From assembly GCA_022564665.1 (NCBI GenBank), contig JADFKZ010000034.1, forward strand, positions 1 to 22,631: a stretch of DNA of 22,631 bases, in the 5' to 3' direction. The notes beneath the pieces are model-generated. The model searched no databases and was not told where the DNA came from. It was given only the letters and a program-made list of their open reading frames with translations. Position numbers and translations under genes: made by a program. This document shows positions 16,014 to 22,631 of the stretch, piece after piece (within the stretch, counting starts at the first letter, position 1; each line of letters begins with the position of its first letter). The DNA is from Planctomycetota bacterium. Lineage in GTDB: Bacteria > Planctomycetota > Phycisphaerae > Phycisphaerales > SM1A02.

Positions 16014-16772
16014 ATGCGCAATCTCGGTCTGATCATCTTCCTGTTGATCATCGTCTCGCAAGTGGTCCGCGCGATTATGGATCGGGCCAACAAGAGCCAG
16101 AAGGAGCAGAAGCTCCGACAGAAGGCGGCGCAGTCCCAGCAACAGAGTTCGCCGCGTCGTGCCTCCCCGCCGATGACCGCGGCGCCTGATCGCGCTTCTC
16201 AGCTTGCCGCTCGGCGCAAGTCTCAACTCCAGGAGCTTCGCAGGCGAGCCACGACCACCAGCATCGGATCGCAGGCGGGACCGCTGCGGACACCCGTCCG
16301 CACCCCCACAAGCATCCCCACACTCTCCCCCACACGCACCCCCACCCCCACCCGCACCCCCTCGCCCTTCGGGGTGCCGCCCCGCGGCCGACCGCCACAG
16401 GGCCGCGGTGTCCCCGGCCCACCTGCGGCCATACCGGGAGCGCCAACGGCCCGCCCCCCTCGGGTGGCGCCGCGCCCGGACCCTCCACCAACGGTCTCGA
16501 CCACAGCCGCACAGGCCAAGCAGCGCGAGGCGCTCCTGGCTGCGGTCGCCGCCCGTAAGCGCGACGAGGAGACGCGAGAGCTGAGAGATCCTGGTCGCAT
16601 AAAGCCGCCGATCGAGCAGGACCGGCACTACGCCATCACTGCGAAGCAGCGCCATCCCCTTTTTCGCGGTGAGAGACGGACACCGGAACTCCTGCGGAAA
16701 ATGGTCATTCTCAAGGAGCTGCTCGAGCCCCCCGTCGCTCTGCGCGAACAGCAGGCGTGGGAACGACAATAA
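16014..16772 (+). CDS. Hypothetical N-terminally membrane-anchored protein with a Pro/Thr/Arg-rich repetitive linker (TPTRTPTPTRTPSP...) and a basic C-terminal region.
   Basis: A TM helix (MRNLGLIIFLLIIVSQVV) follows the ATG at 16014. The low-complexity region creates several spurious antisense ORFs. A TAGAAT -10-like hexamer lies 7 bp upstream of the ATG, which would imply a possible leaderless transcript. I do not recognise the C-terminal 100 aa (..RHPLFRGERRTPELLRKMVILKELLEPP..). Confidence 0.5.
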   Translation: MRNLGLIIFLLIIVSQVVRAIMDRANKSQKEQKLRQKAAQSQQQSSPRRASPPMTAAPDRASQLAARRKSQLQELRRRATTTSIGSQAGPLRTPVRTPTSIPTLSPTRTPTPTRTPSPFGVPPRGRPPQGRGVPGPPAAIPGAPTARPPRVAPRPDPPPTVSTTAAQAKQREALLAAVAARKRDEETRELRDPGRIKPPIEQDRHYAITAKQRHPLFRGERRTPELLRKMVILKELLEPPVALREQQAWERQ

Positions 16773-16875
16773 TTGCGATCGTCCGGCAGAGAGCTGATAG
16801 CAGACAGCTGACAGCTTCTTCCCCGCATTTCGTGACAGATGGCAGCAAGATCGCAGCAGAGTTATACTCCAAGCT

Positions 16876-18060
16876 GTGAGCGACCCACCAGACGATCGTC
16901 TCCCGTCGGCCGCGATCACCTCCTGCGACGGACGCGTCAAGAGGCTTCGAGAGGCAATCTCGGCCCACCCGATCGACGGCCTGCTGATCTCAAACGCCCC
17001 CGACATCCGCTACCTGACCGGATTTGTGGGCGATGACAGCCTCCTGCTGGTGGGCGGAGTTGAGGGGGCAACCATCATCTCCGACACCCGCTACGACGAG
17101 TTTCTGGAGCCCTGGGCCGCCTTAGGGCACGTTGACGTGGTTATGGGTACCCGCCATCACCTGGAGAAATCGGTTGAGCGTCTCTCCAGAAGCGGCGGCA
17201 TCCGCCGGCTCGGCATCCAGGCGGAGTACCTGACGATCGCACAGCAGCAGACGCTGGCGACGATCTTCCCGGCTGAAGCACTCGTGGCCACCGAGGGGCT
17301 TGTCGCGAAGCTGAGGATCCGCAAGGACGATCAGGAAATCGGATCGATCGAACGGGCGGCCTCGATCCAGAGCGAGGCCATGCGGGTCGCCCTTGCTCGG
17401 CTTGCCCCCGGCATGACGGAACTCGCGTTCTGTGCGGCGGTCGAGTTCGAGATGAAGGTGCGGGGGGCCTCGGGGCCGAGCTTTGCGACGATGGTGGCCA
17501 CGGGTCCCAGGAGCTCGGTGATCCACCACCAGACGGGCGCGGTGACGATCGGGCAAGGAGTGCTTCTCGTCGACTGGGGCGCCGTCGCCGACGGGTACTG
17601 CTCGGACATGACACGGACCTTCGGTCTTGGCGGGCTTCCCGCCAAGATCACCGAGATCTATCAAATCGTCCTCGACGCGCAGCTCGCCGCCATCGAGGCC
17701 TGCCGGCCCGGCAAGACATGCACCGAGATCGATGCCGTCGCTCGCGACCTCATCACCGCCGCCGGCTATGGCGAGCGGTTCGGCCACGGGTTGGGTCACG
17801 GCTTGGGGCTCAACGTCCACGAAGCGCCCTACTTCAGCCAGCACACCACCGATGTCATCCTCGAGCCGGGGATGGTGATGACGGTCGAGCCCGGGATCTA
17901 CCTGCCAGGTGTCGGCGGGGTGCGGATCGAGGACGACATCCTGATCACCGATGCTGGCTGCCGGGTGCTTACGGAGTACCCCAAGGACCCCGATTCGATC
18001 ATGCTGGAGCCGGTCACCGCCGCCACGGGGGGGCGGCTCGAGGACTCTTGCCATGCTTGA
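16876..18060 (+). CDS. M24B-family metallopeptidase (Xaa-Pro aminopeptidase / prolidase).
   Basis: N-terminal creatinase-like domain (..GLLISNAPDIRYLTGF..) and a pita-bread catalytic domain with metal-ligand motifs (..DWGAVADGYCSDMTRTF.., HGLGHGLGLNVHEAPY, VEPGIY, RIEDD). GTG start at 16876. Confidence 0.88.
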   Translation: MSDPPDDRLPSAAITSCDGRVKRLREAISAHPIDGLLISNAPDIRYLTGFVGDDSLLLVGGVEGATIISDTRYDEFLEPWAALGHVDVVMGTRHHLEKSVERLSRSGGIRRLGIQAEYLTIAQQQTLATIFPAEALVATEGLVAKLRIRKDDQEIGSIERAASIQSEAMRVALARLAPGMTELAFCAAVEFEMKVRGASGPSFATMVATGPRSSVIHHQTGAVTIGQGVLLVDWGAVADGYCSDMTRTFGLGGLPAKITEIYQIVLDAQLAAIEACRPGKTCTEIDAVARDLITAAGYGERFGHGLGHGLGLNVHEAPYFSQHTTDVILEPGMVMTVEPGIYLPGVGGVRIEDDILITDAGCRVLTEYPKDPDSIMLEPVTAATGGRLEDSCHA

Positions 18061-18517
18061 CATTCGCAAGCTCAAGGAGCTCGTGCGGTTAATGGTCGCA
18101 AACGACCTGACGGAGCTGGACCTCCGTGATTCCGAGGAGCAGGTGACCCTTCGCCGGCACCGACTCAACCACGCCCCGCCGCTGGACGCCGGGCCCGCGC
18201 TCGAAGCCGAGGCGCCGTCGCCCCGGGACACCGCAGCAGCCCGGACCGCCGCCTCGGCCACGATCGCGGCATCGGGGCTCACCAAGATCGCCAGCCCCAT
18301 GGTCGGAACCTTCTACGCGGCGGCGAGCCCCGACGGCGCCCCTTTCGTCACCGCGGGCTCGGTCGTGGAGCCCGACACCGTCGTCTGCCTCGTGGAGGCA
18401 ATGAAGATCTTCAACGAGATCAAGGCCGAATGCTCGGGAACCGTGGAGAAGGTCCTCGTCAAAAACGGCGACGCGATCGAGTTCGGCGAACCGCTGTTTC
18501 TGATCAGACCGAAGTGA
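18053..18517 (+). CDS. accB: Acetyl-CoA carboxylase biotin carboxyl carrier protein.
   Basis: Ala/Pro-rich linker, then the biotinyl domain with EAMKIFNEI (biotinyl-Lys in AMK). The ATG at 18053 overlaps the peptidase stop by 8 bp. GAGGA lies 8 nt upstream. Confidence 0.9.
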   Translation: MLDIRKLKELVRLMVANDLTELDLRDSEEQVTLRRHRLNHAPPLDAGPALEAEAPSPRDTAAARTAASATIAASGLTKIASPMVGTFYAAASPDGAPFVTAGSVVEPDTVVCLVEAMKIFNEIKAECSGTVEKVLVKNGDAIEFGEPLFLIRPK

Positions 18518-18614
18518 TTCGCGACCCGCTTGATCGCTGCGCGCGGTGTTTGGCGCTCGGCGTCCTCGGTTGGGTGCTGCGCAGCCGGCCCTACCCGTCG
18601 TTACTTCGTCACTC

Positions 18615-19985
<1,371 letters not shown>

Positions 19986-20084
19986 GGCCGCCGAAGAAGG
20001 CTGTCAGCTGGAGAAAGAGGTGGACGCATTCTCTTGCCGATAGCCGAGCGCCATCTGCCTCCCTCTGGGTGGCTGAAACCGGCG

Positions 20085-21686
20085 CTAGCCGACCTTGACG
20101 CTGCACGTGCCGACGACAACGTCGCCGAGCCGGAAGCTGACGATGGTGACGCCCTCGGTGATCCGGAACAGAAGCGTCAGCTTCTGGTTCCCGGTGGTCG
20201 GCAGGTGCGGCAGGTCCGCCGCGACGTCGATTCCCCGCCGCGGATCAAGCTTGATCCGGACGCCATCGGGCCTCTCGTGGATGAGCCCGATCGCCGTGTA
20301 GGGGTTGCCCCGGCTGTCAACGAGCTGAGGCGTTGCTCCGCTGCCGACTCGCCGCAGCACCGACCCGTAGATGTCAGCGGAACTCCCGCGGCTGACATCA
20401 ACCTTGACAATCTTCGTCCCTACCGGCTCGTAGATTCCCAGGAGCCGAAGCTCTCGTGAGGGGAATTTTCGAGTGCTCCTGAAGAACCCATCACCCTCGA
20501 CCAGATAGTTGTTCTTGTTCGCCTTGATCCCTGGCGGCAGCTCGTTGGTGCTCACCAGGACGGGGCTGATGTCGTTGGCGACCCGGATGTCGGGGGAGGT
20601 GATCGCTCTCACCCCGCGCGTCTCCGCCGCGGGAACAACCGACACCGACTCGAGGGCTCGACCCAAAACCTCGTCGTAGCCGGAGGCCGTCATCTCCTCG
20701 ATCTCCGGGATCATGAAACGCGTTCCCTTTATCTGGATGAACCGTGGCTGCACACCCGCAGGAAGCGGAAACTCGACGACGATCTCAGCATTATCCTGGC
20801 CCGCAACACTGGTGATATAGTGGGAGAGGTCGTCGAAAAGGAAGGTTTCCACCCGGTCGGCGCTGTCGCGCTGCGACCAGCGGAGCGGATGCGCCACGTA
20901 GGGCTTGGCCTGTGCAGCAGCGGCGCCGATAAGACGCAGCTGGGATGCGGAGATGGTCAGTTGCTTACCGAAGTCCTTCGCGTCGCGACCGAAACTGATC
21001 CTCACCGCGCACCGCTCCAGGTTGGGCGGGGAGAGATACGTGCCCTGGATTGTTGCCGCCGACTCGATCAGGGCAACCTGTCCCTTGCCCCGCTTGAAAG
21101 AATCACGCACCAGCCCTGCCGCCTGCCGGTACAGGTCCGGCGAGTACTGCCGCAGCGGCTGCCCGGAGCGTAGGGCATTGACACTCAACCAGCTGTAGAA
21201 GACGTCGGTGATCTGGTGGCAGGGAAGCCACAACCGCTGAAGCTCCTTGACCTGTCCGTCCCGCGTGCTGCGGGCATACCCGGCAAAGCCCAGGATCTGG
21301 CGCTCCGATTGAACGTGACCGGCGCCGAGGATCAGCATTCCGATCGACAACACGCCCGCGAACGCTCCGACGGGAAAGCCCAAGGCCAGGTTGGCCCAGC
21401 GCGGAAGATCGACGTTGGCGGGCAGGAGCTTGTTCGTCAGCAGACGCAGACCCACAAGTACCACGACGAAGATTCCAACGAGGCTTACGCCCCAGGCGTA
21501 GACGTCGAAGCCGGTGCCTCGCAGCAGGAGGCCCATGGTCAGCGGCTCCCAGAACGCCAGCGCCAGCGCCCCGGCCACGATAACGCACAGCAGATGAATG
21601 ATCGCGCTGAAGGCGCCCTGTGTGGCCCACCAGTAGGCGATCAGGAGAACCAGCGCGATGACGGTGATGTTCAGGACGAAGAGCAT
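20085..21686 (-). CDS. Membrane protein with an N-terminal CvpA-like 4-TM domain fused to an uncharacterised, probably extracytoplasmic, C-terminal domain of about 370 aa.
   Basis: The first 150 aa or so resemble CvpA (colicin V production protein): a short N-terminus, four hydrophobic helices and conserved Gly/Ala spacing (..ANLALGFPVGAFAGVLSIGMLILGA). I recognise no motif in the remainder. It lies directly downstream of, and co-oriented with, the GspE-like gene. Confidence 0.6.
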   Translation of the reverse strand: MLFVLNITVIALVLLIAYWWATQGAFSAIIHLLCVIVAGALALAFWEPLTMGLLLRGTGFDVYAWGVSLVGIFVVVLVGLRLLTNKLLPANVDLPRWANLALGFPVGAFAGVLSIGMLILGAGHVQSERQILGFAGYARSTRDGQVKELQRLWLPCHQITDVFYSWLSVNALRSGQPLRQYSPDLYRQAAGLVRDSFKRGKGQVALIESAATIQGTYLSPPNLERCAVRISFGRDAKDFGKQLTISASQLRLIGAAAAQAKPYVAHPLRWSQRDSADRVETFLFDDLSHYITSVAGQDNAEIVVEFPLPAGVQPRFIQIKGTRFMIPEIEEMTASGYDEVLGRALESVSVVPAAETRGVRAITSPDIRVANDISPVLVSTNELPPGIKANKNNYLVEGDGFFRSTRKFPSRELRLLGIYEPVGTKIVKVDVSRGSSADIYGSVLRRVGSGATPQLVDSRGNPYTAIGLIHERPDGVRIKLDPRRGIDVAADLPHLPTTGNQKLTLLFRITEGVTIVSFRLGDVVVGTCSVKVG

Positions 21687-21739
21687 GGCAGGTTCGAGGA
21701 CGTTGGGGACTGAGGGACTGGGGGACCTAGAGATAAAGA

Positions 21740-22631
21740 CTATGTCGCGGGAGCCGGATCAGCCGCCTGCCGCCGAGGGGCGGCCTCGGCACTGCCGCGA
21801 GCCGACGCGGTGACCCGGACGACCTCCTCGATCGTCGTCTCACCGGAGACGACCTTGCTCAGGGCCGCCTCCTGAAGATAGATCATCTTGTTGCGGCGGG
21901 CATGCGCCAGAGCGCTCTTCAGATCGCCCCCCACCAGATGCCTGCGCGCATCATCGTCGACGGACATCACCTCGAACGCTCCCGTCTGGCCAAGATAGCC
22001 CGAGCCGCCACACACCGGACAATCCTCGATCTTGTTCTTGTCCTGGACCTTGCCGGACGCCTGGTACAGCTGCTTGATCCTGTCCGCCGGAAGATTCATC
22101 TTCTTGAGCCGCTCGCGCGTCGGCTGGTAGGCCTGTCGGCAGTTGGGGCACAGGGTGCGGAGGAGCCGCTGGTTGGTGACCACCCGCATCGACGCGGTCG
22201 CGAGCTTCAGGTCTCCCACCAGCCTGACCCACTCGCGAAGCTGTCCCGCGATCGTGCTGGACTGCTGGGTGATGTAGATCAACGGCCCCTGCATCCCGGC
22301 CTCTGCGGCGACCCAGGCCGCCTTCGTCTCGGTCACTCGCCCCACGAGCACGACATCGGGATCACGACGGAGAATGGACTGCAGGTTCGTAGCGAAGTCG
22401 ACGTCGGGGTTGGTCGGATCCCACTGGAGGTGGTCGACTCCGTCGATGCGCGAGAGGACTTCGCCCTCCAGGGTCTTGATGTTCGAGGTGTACGCGTCGT
22501 GCCGGCCCACAAAGCTATACGCCGAGGTGGAGAGCCCCTGGCCGGGCGGGGCCCCGATGAGGACGATCCCGTGCCGTTGGTGTATCTCCTGGAGTTCCTT
22601 GAGCTGGCGAAGCTGCGGCGACAGCAGGCCA
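21740..22631 (-). CDS. GspE/PilB-family (type II secretion / type IV pilus) ATPase homologue, partial (the N-terminus lies beyond the window). Its catalytic motifs are degenerate, so it is a predicted pseudo-ATPase.
   Basis: The reading frame continues open upstream of the GTG at 22510 to the window edge. It aligns colinearly with GspE from the P-loop onward. The P-loop is GIVLIGAPPGQGLSTSAYSF where GspE has G..LVTGPTGSGKSTTLYA. The Asp-box-like stretch is TLEGEVL where GspE has TIEDPVE. Walker B is DPDVVLVGRVTE where GspE has DPDIIMVGEIRD. The His-box region is QGPLIYITQQSS where GspE has TGHLVLSTLHTN. The tetracysteine motif CPNC...CPVCGGSGYLG is conserved. Confidence 0.8.
   Translation of the reverse strand, partial: GLLSPQLRQLKELQEIHQRHGIVLIGAPPGQGLSTSAYSFVGRHDAYTSNIKTLEGEVLSRIDGVDHLQWDPTNPDVDFATNLQSILRRDPDVVLVGRVTETKAAWVAAEAGMQGPLIYITQQSSTIAGQLREWVRLVGDLKLATASMRVVTNQRLLRTLCPNCRQAYQPTRERLKKMNLPADRIKQLYQASGKVQDKNKIEDCPVCGGSGYLGQTGAFEVMSVDDDARRHLVGGDLKSALAHARRNKMIYLQEAALSKVVSGETTIEEVVRVTASARGSAEAAPRRQAADPAPAT

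Noticed and set aside
17951-18052. Extended N-termini of accB (from 17951) and accC (from 18546), and of hmgA (to 3223) and the DUF1573 gene (to 2039).
   Set aside because: The extensions overlap the upstream genes and lack RBS. The internal Met starts line up with the family N-termini (MLDIRKLKEL, MFSRILIANRGE, MPYYRKLGQ) and with signal-peptide logic.
21687-21739. ggttcga at about 21690 and other short motifs resembling a tRNA T-loop.
   Set aside because: There is no acceptor-stem or anticodon-arm context anywhere in the window's intergenic regions. No tRNA, rRNA or tmRNA could be supported.

Overview
This is a GC-rich bacterial chromosomal window with about 21 protein-coding genes and no rRNA, tRNA, CRISPR array, transposase or integrase that I can see. 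Gene content (a DUF1573 lipoprotein, a GspE-like ATPase, flotillin) and the frequent absence of Shine-Dalgarno sequences suggest a Planctomycetota/PVC-like or other high-GC Gram-negative genome, but that is an inference. Most of the window is housekeeping. Tyrosine catabolism is represented by hppD and hmgA, split by an opposite-strand outer-membrane-type gene. Also present are aroA, an M24 Xaa-Pro peptidase followed by accB-accC, an MsbA-like ABC exporter, a BtuFCD/Fec-type ABC importer (binding protein, permease, ATPase), a flotillin-like SPFH gene and an orphan groES. Genes of unknown or unusual function are: a 4-bp-overlapping operon of hmgA, a DUF1573 lipoprotein and a DUF192 protein; a membrane methyltransferase co-oriented with hppD; a tail-anchored coiled-coil protein; a Pro/Thr-rich membrane protein; and, at the 3' edge, a partial GspE/PilB-family ATPase in which every catalytic motif I can align is degenerate. 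That gene is directly followed on the same strand by a CvpA-like 4-TM protein fused to an unrecognised domain of about 370 aa. The intergenic DNA is also unusual: there is a composite tandem-duplicated repeat block, a roughly 58-bp dispersed element in two inverted copies (one expanded by tandem hairpin units), and a recurring CTGTCAGCTG core, all lying just outside stop or start codons. All calls are by eye from the ORF translations and the sequence, with no database searches.
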